Shown piece after piece: positions 13,901-28,617 of a stretch of 64,000 bases of DNA. Position numbers and translations under genes: made by a program. The notes below the pieces were generated by a model. The model saw only the letters and a program-made list of their open reading frames with translations, searched no databases and was not told the origin of the DNA. Each line of letters starts with the position of its first letter. The first letter of the stretch is position 1. The stretch is from the human T2T-CHM13v2.0 reference genome, Homo sapiens, in the NCBI RefSeq assembly GCF_009914755.1, contig NC_060948.1, one strand, 5' to 3'.

Positions 13901-14491
13901 GAATGGAATGAAACGGAATGGAAAGGATTCGAATGGAATGCATTCGAATGGAATGCAATCGAATGGAATGGAATCGAACGGAATGGAATAAAATGGAAGA
14001 AAACTGGCAAGAAATGGAATCGAAATGAATGGAGTGTTATGGAACGGACTCAAAAGGAATTGAATGTAATAGAATGGAGTGGAGTGGACTCGAATATAAT
14101 GGACTAGAATGGAATGAAATCACATGGAATGGGAACGAATGGAATGGAATGGAAAGGAATGGAATCGAATGGAAAGGAATCGAATGGAAGGGAATGAAAT
14201 TGAATCAACAGGAATGGAAGGGAGTAGAATAGACGGTAATGGAATGGACTCGAATAGAATGGACACGAATGCTCAAATTGAATGGACTCGAATGGAATGG
14301 CAACGAAAGGAATGTCATCGAATGGAATTGAATCGATTGGAATGAAATCACATAGAATGGAGTGGAATCAAATGGAATTGAATCGAAAGGAAAGGAAGCG
14401 AATGGACTGAAATGAAATGGAATGGAATTGAATGGAAATTAATGCAATGGAATAGAATGGAACGAAATTTCACGGAATGGAATCAAACTGA
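10952..14491 (+). repeat. DYZ1 monomer U4, 3540 bp (transitional type)
   Basis: Anchor spacing 10952->14492; A8 instead of A7 at 11985-11992; mix of flank and core alleles. Confidence 0.9.
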
Positions 14492-17400
14492 ATGGAATCA
14501 AATCAATGGAATATAATCAAATGGAATGGAAAGGAATTGAATGGAGTAGATTGGATTGGATGGGATTGGAATGAAATGTACTGGAAAGGACTCGAATTTC
14601 ATGAAACGGAATGGAATGAATTAGAACGGAATGGACTCGAATGGAATGGAATGTCATGGAATGGCATCAAATGGAATGGAATCGAATGCGATGGAATGCT
14701 ACGGAATGGAATGGAATGCATTGGAATGGAATGTCCTCTAATGGAATGTATTCGAGTGGAATGGAATCGAATATAATGGAGTCTAATGAAATGGAATTGA
14801 AAGGAATGGGACCGAATACAATGGAATAAACTGGAATGTAATGTAATGAACTCGAATGTAATTGACTGGAATGGAATGTACATGAATGGAATGTAATCGA
14901 ATGGAAAGCAATCCAATGGAATAGAATCTAATGCAATAAAATCGACTCAAATAGAGTAGAATGTAATGGAATGGAGTGCAGTGCAATGGAATGGAATGGA
15001 ATGCAATGGAATGGAATGGAATGGAATGGAATGGGATGGAATGGTATGGAATGGATAGTAATGGACTGGAGTGAAATGGACTGGAAAAGAATGGACTCAA
15101 ATTGAAAGGGCTCGAAAGGAATGGAGTCAAATGGAATGGTCTGGAATGGAATGAACACGAATGTAATGCAATCCAATAGAATGGAATCGAATGGCATGGA
15201 ATATAAAGAAATGGAATCGAAGAGAATGGAAACAAATGGAATGGAATTGAATGGAATGGAATTGAATGGAATGGGAACGAATGGAGTGAAATTGTATGCA
15301 GTAGAAGAGAATAGAATGGAATGCAAGCGAAAGGAAAGGAATGGATTGGAATGGAATGGAATTCATTGGAATGGAAGGGAATGTAGTGTAATGGACAGGC
15401 CTGGAATAAAGTGGAATGCTACGGTCTCGAATGGAATAAAAATGTATGGAATGGAATGCAATGAAACGGAATCGAATGTCATAGAATGTAATGGAATGCA
15501 AAAAAATGGACTCCAAAATCATTGACTGGAAAGGCTGGGTGTCGAAAGGAATTGACTCCAATGGAATGGAATCGAATGGAATGGAAGTGAATAGAATCGA
15601 ACTAAATCGAATGGAATGGAATTGATAGGAACGGAATGGAAAGGAATGCAATGATTTGGCATGGAATGGAATCGAAAGGCATCGAATGGAATGGAATGGA
15701 ATGCAATGGAATGGAATGTATTAGAATGTAATGAACATTAATGGAAAGTACGCGAATGGATTCGACTGGAATGGAATGTTCTGGAAGTGAATGGACTCCA
15801 ATGGAATGGATTCGAAAGGAATGGAATCGAACGGAATGGAATTAAACGGAAATGAATCAAATAGAATAGAACGGAATTGAATTGAATGGAATCGAATGCA
15901 ATGGAATCTAATGAAACGGAAAGGAATGGAATGGAATGGGCTGGAATGGAATGGAATCGAAACGAATGGAATGGAATCGAACTGAAGAGACTGGAATGGA
16001 ATGCACTGGAATGGAAGGGAATGTAATGGAAGGTTCTCGAAAAAAATGGAATCGAAAGGAATGGAATTGAATGGAACGGAATAGAGTCGAATGGAATTCA
16101 ATGGAATGGAATGGACTAGAGTGAAATGGAATCGAACCACAAGGAATGGACAGGAATAGAATGGTCTCGAATTGAATGGAATCGTATGGAATGGCATCAA
16201 ACGGAATGGAATGGACGGCCACGGAATGGAATGCACTCGAATGCAATGGAGTCGACACTAATGGACTGGAATAGAATGGACTCGACTGGTACGGACTCCA
16301 ATGGAATGGAATCGAATGGAAGGGAATCGAACGGAATGGACTCGAAGGGAAAAGACTGCAATGGAAAGGTCTCGAATGGAATGGAAATTAATGGAATGGA
16401 ATGGAATCGAATGAAATGGAGTCAAAAGGAATGGAATCGAATGGCAAGAAATCGAATGTAATGGAATCGCAAGGAATTGATGTGAACGGAACGGAATGGA
16501 ATGGAATCCAAAGGAATGGAATAGAATGGAATGGAATCGAATGGAAAGGACTCGAATGGAAATCACTCGAATAGAATGCAATTTAATAAAATAGGATCAA
16601 ATGTAATGGAATGGAATGGAAAGGAATCGAAACGAAAGGAATGGAGACAGATGGAATGGAATGGAACAGAGAGCAATGGTATAGAATGGAATGGAATCAT
16701 CTGGAATGGAATTGAATGGAATGGAATAATATGAAATGGAATGGAATGGAATGGAATGCCCTTGAATTAAATGGACTGGAATGGAATGGACTCGAACAGA
16801 GTGGAATGGAAAGTGTTGAAATAGAATGGAATGGACTCGTTTGGAATGGTCTAGTATGCAATGCAATAGACTGGCAGGGAATCAAAAGGAATGTAATCGA
16901 ATGGATTGGACTGGAATGCAATGGACTCGAATAGATTGGAAACGGAAAGCAAAGGAATGGAATGGAATAGTATGGAATGGAATGGAAAGGAATGGAGTGG
17001 AATAGACTAGAGTGGAATGGAATGGACTGGAAAGCAATGGACTGGAATGGAACTTTCTTGAATGGACTGGAATCAAACGGAATGGAATGCAATGCAATCA
17101 AATGGCATGGAATAAAATAAAATGAAAGAGAATCAAATGGAATTGAATCGAATGGAATCGAATGGATTGGAAAGGAATAGAATGGAATGGAATGGAATTG
17201 ACTCAAATGGAATGGACTAGAATGGAATGGATTCGAATGGAAGGCAAAGGAATGGAATCTATTGGAATGGACTGTAATGGAATGGAATGGAAGGGATTGG
17301 AATGGACTCGAATGGAATGGACTGCAGTAGAAAGGATTCGAATGGAATGAAAAAGAATTGAATGGAATAGAACAGAATGGAATCAAATCGAATGAAATGG

Positions 17401-18005
17401 AATGGAATAGAAAGGAATGGAATGAAATGGAATGGAAAGGATTCGAATGGAATGCAATCGAATGGAATGAAATCGAATGGAATGGAATCGAACGGAATGG
17501 AATAAAATGGAAGAAAACTGGCAAGAAATGGAATCGAAATGAATGGAGTGTTATGGAACGGACTCAAAAGGAATTGAATGTAATAGAATGGAGTGGAGTG
17601 GACTCGAATATAATGGACTAGAATGGAATGAAATCACATGGAATGGGAACGAATGGAATGGAATGGAAAGGAATGGAATCGAATGGAAAGGAATCGAATG
17701 GAAGGGAATGAAATTGAATCAACAGGAATGGAAGGGAGTAGAATAGACGGTAATGGAATGGACTCGAATAGAATGGACACGAATGCTCAAATTGAATGGA
17801 CTCGAATGGAATGGCAACGAAAGGAATGTCATCGAATGGAATTGAATCGATTGGAATGAAATCACATAGAATGGAGTGGAATCAAATGGAATTGAATCGA
17901 AAGGAAAGGAAGCGAATGGACTGAAATGAAATGGAATGGAATTGAATGGAAATTAATGCAATGGAATAGAATGGAACGAAATTTCACGGAATGGAATCAA
18001 ACTGA
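14492..18005 (+). repeat. DYZ1 monomer U5, 3514 bp
   Basis: Anchor spacing 14492->18006. Confidence 0.9.
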
Positions 18006-21000
18006 ATGGAATCAAATGAATGGAATATAATGAAATGGAATGGAAAGGAATTGAATGGAGTAGATTGGATTGGATGGGATTGGAATGAAATGTACTGGAA
18101 AGGACTCGAATTTCATGAAACGGAATGGAATGAATTAGAACGGAATGGACTCGAATGGAATGGAATGTCATGGAATGGCATCAAATGGAATGGAATCGAA
18201 TGCGATGGAATGCTATGGAATGGAATGGAATGCATTGGAATGGAATGTCCTCTAATGGAATGTATTCGAGTGGAATGGAATCGAATATAATGGAGTCTAA
18301 TGAAATGGAATTGAAAGGAATGGGACCGAATACAATGGAATATACTGGAATGTAATGTAATGAACTCGAATGTAATTGACTGGAATGGAATGTACATGAA
18401 TGGAATGTAATCGAATGGAAAGCAATCCAATGGAATAGAATCTAATGCAATAAAATCGACTCAAATAGAGTAGAATGTAATGGAATGGAGTACAGTGCAA
18501 TGGAATGGAATGGAATGGAATGCAATGGAATGGAATGGAATGGAATGGGATGGAATGGTATGGAATGGATAGTAATGGACTGGAGTGAAATGGACTGGAA
18601 AAGAATGGACTCAAATTGAAAGGGCTCGAAAGGAATGGAGTCAAATGGAATGGTCTGGAATGGAATGAACACGAATGTAATGCAATCCAATAGAATGGAA
18701 TCGAATGGCATGGAATATAAAGAAATGGAATCGAAGAGAATGGAAACAAATGGAATGGAATTGAATGGAATGGAATTGAATGGAATGGGAACGAATGGAG
18801 TGAAATTGTATGCAGTAGAAGAGAATAGAATGGAATGCAAGCGAAAGGAAAGGAATGGATTGGAATGGAATGGAATTCATTGGAATGGAAGGGAATGTAG
18901 TGTAATGGACAGGCCTGGAATAAAGTGGAATGCTACGGTCTCGAATGGAATAAAAATGTATGGAATGGAATGCAATGAAACGGAATCGAATGTCATAGAA
19001 TGTAATGGAAAGCAAAAAAATGGACTCCAAAATCATTGACTGGAAAGGCTGGGTGTCGAAAGGAATTGACTCCAATGGAATGGAATCGAATGGAATGGAA
19101 GTGAATAGAATCGAACTAAATCGAATGGAATGGAATTGATAGGAACGGAATGGAAAGGAATGCAATGATTTCGCATGGAATGGAATCGAATGGCATCGAA
19201 TGGAATGGAATGGAATGCAATGGAATGGAATGTATTAGAATGTAATGAACTTTAATGGAATGTACTCGAATGGATTCGACTGGAATGGAATGTTCTGGAA
19301 GTGAATGGACTCCAATGGAATGGATTCGAAAGGAATGGAATCTAATGGAATGGAATTAAATGGAAATGAATCAAATTGAATAGCACGGAATTGAATTGAA
19401 TGGAATCGAATGCAATGGAATCTAATGAAACGGAAAGGAAAGGAATGGAATGGATTGGAATGGAATGGGCTGGAATGGAATGGAATCGAAACGAATGGAA
19501 TGGAATCGAACTGAAGAGACTGGAATGGAATGCACTGGAATGGAAGGGAATGTAATGGAAGGTTCTCGAAAAAAATGGAATCGAAAGGAATGCAATTGAA
19601 TGGAACGGAATAGAGTCGAATGGAATTGAATGGAATGGAATGGACTAGAGTGAAATGGAATCGAACCACAAGGAATGGACAGGAATAGAATGGTCTCGAA
19701 TTGAATGGAATCGTATGGAATGGCATCAAACGGAATGGAATGGACAGCCACGGAATGGAATGGACACCCACGGAATGGAATGCACTCGAATGCAATGGAG
19801 TCGACACTAATGGACTGGAATAGAATGGACTCGACTGGTACGGACTCCAATGGAATGGAATCGAATGGAAGGGAATCGAACGGAATGGACTCGAAGGGAA
19901 AAGACTGCAATGGAAAGGTCTCGAATGGAATGGAAATTAATGGAATGGAATGGAATCGAATGAAATGGAGTCAAAAGGAATGGAATCGAATGGCAAGAAA
20001 TCGAATGTAATGGAATCGCAAGGAATTGATGTGAACGGAACGGAATGGAATGGAATCCAAAGGAATGGAATAGAATGGAATGGAATCGAATGGAAAGGAC
20101 TCGAATGGAAATCACTCGAATAGAATGCAATTTAATAAAATAGGATCAAATGTAATGGAATGGAATGGAAAGGAATCGAAACGAAAGGAATGGAGACAGA
20201 TGGAATGGAATGGAACAGAGAGCAATGGTATAGAATGGAATGGAATCATCTGGAATGGAATTGAATGGAATGGAATAATATGAAATGGAATGGAATGGAA
20301 TGGAATGCCCTTGAATTAAATGGACTGGAATGGAATGGACTCGAACAGAGTGGAATGGAAAGTGTTGAAATAGAATGGAATGGACTCGTTTGGAATGGTC
20401 TAGTATGCAATGCAATCGACTGGCAGGGAATCAAAAGGAATGTAATCGAATGGATTGGACTGGAATGCAATGGACTCGAATAGATTGGAAATGGAAAGCA
20501 AAGGAATGGAATGGAATAGTATGGAATGGAATGGAAAGGAATGGAGTGGAATAGACTAGAGTGGAATGGAATGGACTGGAAAGCAATGGGCTGGAATGGA
20601 ACTTTCTTGAATGGACTGGAATCAAACGGAATGGAATGCAATGCAATCAAATGGCATGGAATAAAATAGAATGAAAGAGAATCAAATGGAATTGAATCGA
20701 ATGGAATCGAATGGATTGGAAAGGAATAGAATGGAATGGAATGGAATTGACTCAAATGGAATGGACTAGAATGGAATGGATTCGAATGGAAGGCAAAGGA
20801 ATGGAATCTATTGGAATGGACTGTAATGGAATGGAATGGAAGGGATTGGAATGGACTCGAATGGAATGGACTGCAGTAGAAAGGATTCGAATGGAATGAA
20901 AAAGAATTGAATGGAATAGAACAGAATGGAATCAAATCGAATGAAATGGAATGGAATAGAAAGGAATGGAATGAAACGGAATGGAAAGGATTCGAATGGA

Positions 21001-21554
21001 ATGCAATCGAATGGAATGAAATCGAATGGAATGGAATCGAACGGAATGGAATAAAATGGAAGAAAACTGGCAAGAAATGGAATCGAAATGAATGGAGTGT
21101 TATGGAACGGACTCAAAAGGAATTGAATGTAATAGAATGGAGTGGAGTGGACTCGAATATAATGGACTAGAATGGAATGAAATCACATGGAATGGGAACG
21201 AATGGAATGGAATGGAAAGGAATGGAATCGAATGGAAAGGAATCGAATGGAAGGGAATGAAATTGAATCAACAGGAATGGAAGGGAGTAGAATAGACGGT
21301 AATGGAATGGACTCGAATAGAATGGACACGAATGCTCAAATTGAATGGACTCGAATGGAATGGCAACGAAAGGAATGTCATCGAATGGAATTGAATCGAT
21401 TGGAATGAAATCACATAGAATGGAGTGGAATCAAATGGAATTGAATCGAAAGGAAAGGAAGCGAATGGACTGAAATGAAATGGAATGGAATTGAATGGAA
21501 ATTAATGCAATGGAATAGAATGGAACGAAATTTCACGGAATGGAATCAAACTGA
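18006..21554 (+). repeat. DYZ1 monomer U6, 3549 bp
   Basis: Anchor spacing 18006->21555. Confidence 0.9.
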
Positions 21555-24500
21555 ATGGAATCAAATCAATGGAATATAATCAAATGGAATGGAAAGGAAT
21601 TGAATGGAGTAGATTGGATTGGATGGGATTGGAATGAAATGTACTGGAAAGGACTCGAATTTCATGAAACGGAATGGAATGAATTAGAACGGAATGGACT
21701 CGAATGGAATGGAATGTCATGGAATGGCATCAAATGGAATGGAATCGAATGCGATGGAATGCTACGGAATGGAATGGAATGCATTGGAATGGAATGTCCT
21801 CTAATGGAATGTATTCGAGTGGAATGGAATCGAATATAATGGAGTCTAATGAAATGGAATTGAAAGGAATGGGACCGAATACAATGGAATAAACTGGAAT
21901 GTAATGTAATGAACTCGAATGTAATTGACTGGAATGGAATGTACATGAATGGAATGTAATCGAATGGAAAGCAATCCAATGGAATAGAATCTAATGCAAT
22001 AAAATCGACTCAAATAGAGTAGAATGTAATGGAATGGAGTGCAGTGCAATGGAATGGAATGGAATGCAATGGAATGGAATGGAATGGAATGGAATGGGAT
22101 GGAATGGTATGGAATGGATAGTAATGGACTGGAGTGAAATGGACTGGAAAAGAATGGACTCAAATTGAAAGGGCTCGAAAGGAATGGAGTCAAATGGAAT
22201 GGTCTGGAATGGAATGAACACGAATGTAATGCAATCCAATAGAATGGAATCGAATGGCATGGAATATAAAGAAATGGAATCGAAGAGAATGGAAACAAAT
22301 GGAATGGAATTGAATGGAATGGAATTGAATGGAATGGGAACGAATGGAGTGAAATTGTATGCAGTAGAAGAGAATAGAATGGAATGCAAGCGAAAGGAAA
22401 GGAATGGATTGGAATGGAATGGAATTCATTGGAATGGAAGGGAATGTAGTGTAATGGACAGGCCTGGAATAAAGTGGAATGCTACGGTCTCGAATGGAAT
22501 AAAAATGTATGGAATGGAATGCAATGAAACGGAATCGAATGTCATAGAATGTAATGGAATGCAAAAAAATGGACTCCAAAATCATTGACTGGAAAGGCTG
22601 GGTGTCGAAAGGAATTGACTCCAATGGAATGGAATCGAATGGAATGGAAGTGAATAGAATCGAACTAAATCGAATGGAATGGAATTGATAGGAACGGAAT
22701 GGAAAGGAATGCAATGATTTGGCATGGAATGGAATCGAAAGGCATCGAATGGAATGGAATGGAATGCAATGGAATGGAATGTATTAGAATGTAATGAACA
22801 TTAATGGAAAGTACGCGAATGGATTCGACTGGAATGGAATGTTCTGGAAGTGAATGGACTCCAATGGAATGGATTCGAAAGGAATGGAATCGAACGGAAT
22901 GGAATTAAACGGAAATGAATCAAATAGAATAGAACGGAATTGAATTGAATGGAATCGAATGCAATGGAATCTAATGAAACGGAAAGGAATGGAATGGAAT
23001 GGGCTGGAATGGAATGGAATCGAAACGAATGGAATGGAATCGAACTGAAGAGACTGGAATGGAATGCACTGGAATGGAAGGGAATGTAATGGAAGGTTCT
23101 CGAAAAAAATGGAATCGAAAGGAATGGAATTGAATGGAACGGAATAGAGTCGAATGGAATTCAATGGAATGGAATGGACTAGAGTGAAATGGAATCGAAC
23201 CACAAGGAATGGACAGGAATAGAATGGTCTCGAATTGAATGGAATCGTATGGAATGGCATCAAACGGAATGGAATGGACGGCCACGGAATGGAATGCACT
23301 CGAATGCAATGGAGTCGACACTAATGGACTGGAATAGAATGGACTCGACTGGTACGGACTCCAATGGAATGGAATCGAATGGAAGGGAATCGAACGGAAT
23401 GGACTCGAAGGGAAAAGACTGCAATGGAAAGGTCTCGAATGGAATGGAAATTAATGGAATGGAATGGAATCGAATGAAATGGAGTCAAAAGGAATGGAAT
23501 CGAATGGCAAGAAATCGAATGTAATGGAATCGCAAGGAATTGATGTGAACGGAACGGAATGGAATGGAATCCAAAGGAATGGAATAGAATGGAATGGAAT
23601 CGAATGGAAAGGACTCGAATGGAAATCACTCGAATAGAATGCAATTTAATAAAATAGGATCAAATGTAATGGAATGGAATGGAAAGGAATCGAAACGAAA
23701 GGAATGGAGACAGATGGAATGGAATGGAACAGAGAGCAATGGTATAGAATGGAATGGAATCATCTGGAATGGAATTGAATGGAATGGAATAATATGAAAT
23801 GGAATGGAATGGAATGGAATGCCCTTGAATTAAATGGACTGGAATGGAATGGACTCGAACAGAGTGGAATGGAAAGTGTTGAAATAGAATGGAATGGACT
23901 CGTTTGGAATGGTCTAGTATGCAATGCAATAGACTGGCAGGGAATCAAAAGGAATGTAATCGAATGGATTGGACTGGAATGCAATGGACTCGAATAGATT
24001 GGAAACGGAAAGCAAAGGAATGGAATGGAATAGTATGGAATGGAATGGAAAGGAATGGAGTGGAATAGACTAGAGTGGAATGGAATGGACTGGAAAGCAA
24101 TGGACTGGAATGGAACTTTCTTGAATGGACTGGAATCAAACGGAATGGAATGCAATGCAATCAAATGGCATGGAATAAAATAGAATGAAAGAGAATCAAA
24201 TGGAATTGAATCGAATGGAATCGAATGGATTGGAAAGGAATAGAATGGAATGGAATGGAATTGACTCAAATGGAATGGACTAGAATGGAATGGATTCGAA
24301 TGGAAGGCAAAGGAATGGAATCTATTGGAATGGACTGTAATGGAATGGAATGGAAGGGATTGGAATGGACTCGAATGGAATGGACTGCAGTAGAAAGGAT
24401 TCGAATGGAATGAAAAAGAATTGAATGGAATAGAACAGAATGGAATCAAATCGAATGAAATGGAATGGAATAGAAAGGAATGGAATGAAATGGAATGGAA

Positions 24501-25068
24501 AGGATTCGAATGGAATGCAATCGAATGGAATGAAATCGAATGGAATGGAATCGAACGGAATGGAATAAAATGGAAGAAAACTGGCAAGAAATGGAATCGA
24601 AATGAATGGAGTGTTATGGAACGGACTCAAAAGGAATTGAATGTAATAGAATGGAGTGGAGTGGACTCGAATATAATGGACTAGAATGGAATGAAATCAC
24701 ATGGAATGGGAACGAATGGAATGGAATGGAAAGGAATGGAATCGAATGGAAAGGAATCGAATGGAAGGGAATGAAATTGAATCAACAGGAATGGAAGGGA
24801 GTAGAATAGACGGTAATGGAATGGACTCGAATAGAATGGACACGAATGCTCAAATTGAATGGACTCGAATGGAATGGCAACGAAAGGAATGTCATCGAAT
24901 GGAATTGAATCGATTGGAATGAAATCACATAGAATGGAGTGGAATCAAATGGAATTGAATCGAAAGGAAAGGAAGCGAATGGACTGAAATGAAATGGAAT
25001 GGAATTGAATGGAAATTAATGCAATGGAATAGAATGGAACGAAATTTCACGGAATGGAATCAAACTGA
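21555..25068 (+). repeat. DYZ1 monomer U7, 3514 bp (copy of U5)
   Basis: Anchor spacing 21555->25069; shares private variants with U5. Confidence 0.9.
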
Positions 25069-28000
25069 ATGGAATCAAATCAATGGAATATAATCAAATG
25101 GAATGGAAAGGAATTGAATGGAGTAGATTGGATTGGATGGGATTGGAATGAAATGTACTGGAAAGGACTCGAATTTCATGAAACGGAATGGAATGAATTA
25201 GAACGGAATGGACTCGAATGGAATGGAATGTCATGGAATGGCATCAAATGGAATGGAATCGAATGCGATGGAATGCTATGGAATGGAATGGAATGCATTG
25301 GAATGGAATGTCCTCTAATGGAATGTATTCGAGTGGAATGGAATCGAATATAATGGAGTCTAATGAAATGGAATTGAAAGGAATGGGACCGAATACAATG
25401 GAATATACTGGAATGTAATGTAATGAACTCGAATGTAATTGACTGGAATGGAATGTACATGAATGGAATGTAATCGAATGGAAAGCAATCCAATGGAATA
25501 GAATCTAATGCAATAAAATCGACTCAAATAGAGTAGAATGTAATGGAATGGAGTACAGTGCAATGGAATGGAATGGAATGGAATGCAATGGAATGGAATG
25601 GAATGGAATGGGATGGAATGGTATGGAATGGATAGTAATGGACTGGAGTGAAATGGACTGGAAAAGAATGGACTCAAATTGAAAGGGCTCGAAAGGAATG
25701 GAGTCAAATGGAATGGTCTGGAATGGAATGAACACGAATGTAATGCAATCCAATAGAATGGAATCGAATGGCATGGAATATAAAGAAATGGAATCGAAGA
25801 GAATGGAAACAAATGGAATGGAATTGAATGGAATGGAATTGAATGGAATGGGAACGAATGGAGTGAAATTGTATGCAGTAGAAGAGAATAGAATGGAATG
25901 CAAGCGAAAGGAAAGGAATGGATTGGAATGGAATGGAATTCATTGGAATGGAAGGGAATGTAGTGTAATGGACAGGCCTGGAATAAAGTGGAATGCTACG
26001 GTCTCGAATGGAATAAAAATGTATGGAATGGAATGCAATGAAACGGAATCGAATGTCATAGAATGTAATGGAAAGCAAAAAAATGGACTCCAAAATCATT
26101 GACTGGAAAGGCTGGGTGTCGAAAGGAATTGACTCCAATGGAATGGAATCGAATGGAATGGAAGTGAATAGAATCGAACTAAATCGAATGGAATGGAATT
26201 GATAGGAACGGAATGGAAAGGAATGCAATGATTTGGCATGGAATGGAATCGAATGGCATCGAATGGAATGGAATGGAATGCAATGGAATGGAATGTATTA
26301 GAATGTAATGAACTTTAATGGAATGTACTCGAATGGATTCGACTGGAATGGAATGTTCTGGAAGTGAATGGACTCCAATGGAATGGATTCGAAAGGAATG
26401 GAATCTAATGGAATGGAATTAAATGGAAATGAATCAAATTGAATAGCACGGAATTGAATTGAATGGAATCGAATGCAATGGAATCTAATGAAACGGAAAG
26501 GAAAGGAATGGAATGGATTGGAATGGAATGGGCTGGAATGGAATGGAATCGAAACGAATGGAATGGAATCGAACTGAAGAGACTGGAATGGAATGCACTG
26601 GAATGGAAGGGAATGTAATGGAAGGTTCTCGAAAAAAATGGAATCGAAAGGAATGGAATTGAATGGAACGGAATAGAGTCGAATGGAATTGAATGGAATG
26701 GAATGGACTAGAGTGAAATGGAATCGAACCACAAGGAATGGACAGGAATAGAATGGTCTCGAATTGAATGGAATCGTATGGAATGGCATCAAACGGAATG
26801 GAATGGACAGCCACGGAATGGAATGGACACCCACGGAATGGAATGCACTCGAATGCAATGGAGTCGACACTAATGGACTGGAATAGAATGGACTCGACTG
26901 GTACGGACTCCAATGGAATGGAATCGAATGGAAGGGAATCGAACGGAATGGACTCGAAGGGAAAAGACTGCAATGGAAAGGTCTCGAATGGAATGGAAAT
27001 TAATGGAATGGAATGGAATCGAATGAAATGGAGTCAAAAGGAATGGAATCGAATGGCAAGAAATCGAATGTAATGGAATCGCAAGGAATTGATGTGAACG
27101 GAACGGAATGGAATGGAATCCAAAGGAATGGAATAGAATGGAATGGAATCGAATGGAAAGGACTCGAATGGAAATCACTCGAATAGAATGCAATTTAATA
27201 AAATAGGATCAAATGTAATGGAATGGAATGGAAAGGAATCGAAACGAAAGGAATGGAGACAGATGGAATGGAATGGAACAGAGAGCAATGGTATAGAATG
27301 GAATGGAATCATCTGGAATGGAATTGAATGGAATGGAATAATATGAAATGGAATGGAATGGAATGGAATGCCCTTGAATTAAATGGACTGGAATGGAATG
27401 GACTCGAACAGAGTGGAATGGAAAGTGTTGAAATAGAATGGAATGGACTCGTTTGGAATGGTCTAGTATGCAATGCAATCGACTGGCAGGGAATCAAAAG
27501 GAATGTAATCGAATGGATTGGACTGGAATGCAATGGACTCGAATAGATTGGAAATGGAAAGCAAAGGAATGGAATGGAATAGTATGGAATGGAATGGAAA
27601 GGAATGGAGTGGAATAGACTAGAGTGGAATGGAATGGACTGGAAAGCAATGGGCTGGAATGGAACTTTCTTGAATGGACTGGAATCAAACGGAATGGAAT
27701 GCAATGCAATCAAATGGCATGGAATAAAATAGAATGAAAGAGAATCAAATGGAATTGAATCGAATGGAATCGAATGGATTGGAAAGGAATAGAATGGAAT
27801 GGAATGGAATTGACTCAAATGGAATGGACTAGAATGGAATGGATTCGAATGGAAGGCAAAGGAATGGAATCTATTGGAATGGACTGTAATGGAATGGAAT
27901 GGAAGGGATTGGAATGGACTCGAATGGAATGGACTGCAGTAGAAAGGATTCGAATGGAATGAAAAAGAATTGAATGGAATAGAACAGAATGGAATCAAAT

Positions 28001-28617
28001 CGAATGAAATGGAATGGAATAGAAAGGAATGGAATGAAATGGAATGGAAAGGATTCGAATGGAATGCAATCGAATGGAATGAAATCGAATGGAATGGAAT
28101 CGAACGGAATGGAATAAAATGGAAGAAAACTGGCAAGAAATGGAATCGAAATGAATGGAGTGTTATGGAACGGACTCAAAAGGAATTGAATGTAATAGAA
28201 TGGAGTGGAGTGGACTCGAATATAATGGACTAGAATGGAATGAAATCACATGGAATGGGAACGAATGGAATGGAATGGAAAGGAATGGAATCGAATGGAA
28301 AGGAATCGAATGGAAGGGAATGAAATTGAATCAACAGGAATGGAAGGGAGTAGAATAGACGGTAATGGAATGGACTCGAATAGAATGGACACGAATGCTC
28401 AAATTGAATGGACTCGAATGGAATGGCAACGAAAGGAATGTCATCGAATGGAATTGAATCGATTGGAATGAAATCACATAGAATGGAGTGGAATCAAATG
28501 GAATTGAATCGAAAGGAAAGGAAGCGAATGGACTGAAATGAAATGGAATGGAATTGAATGGAAATTAATGCAATGGAATAGAATGGAACGAAATTTCACG
28601 GAATGGAATCAAACTGA
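25069..28617 (+). repeat. DYZ1 monomer U8, 3549 bp
   Basis: Anchor spacing 25069->28618. Confidence 0.9.
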
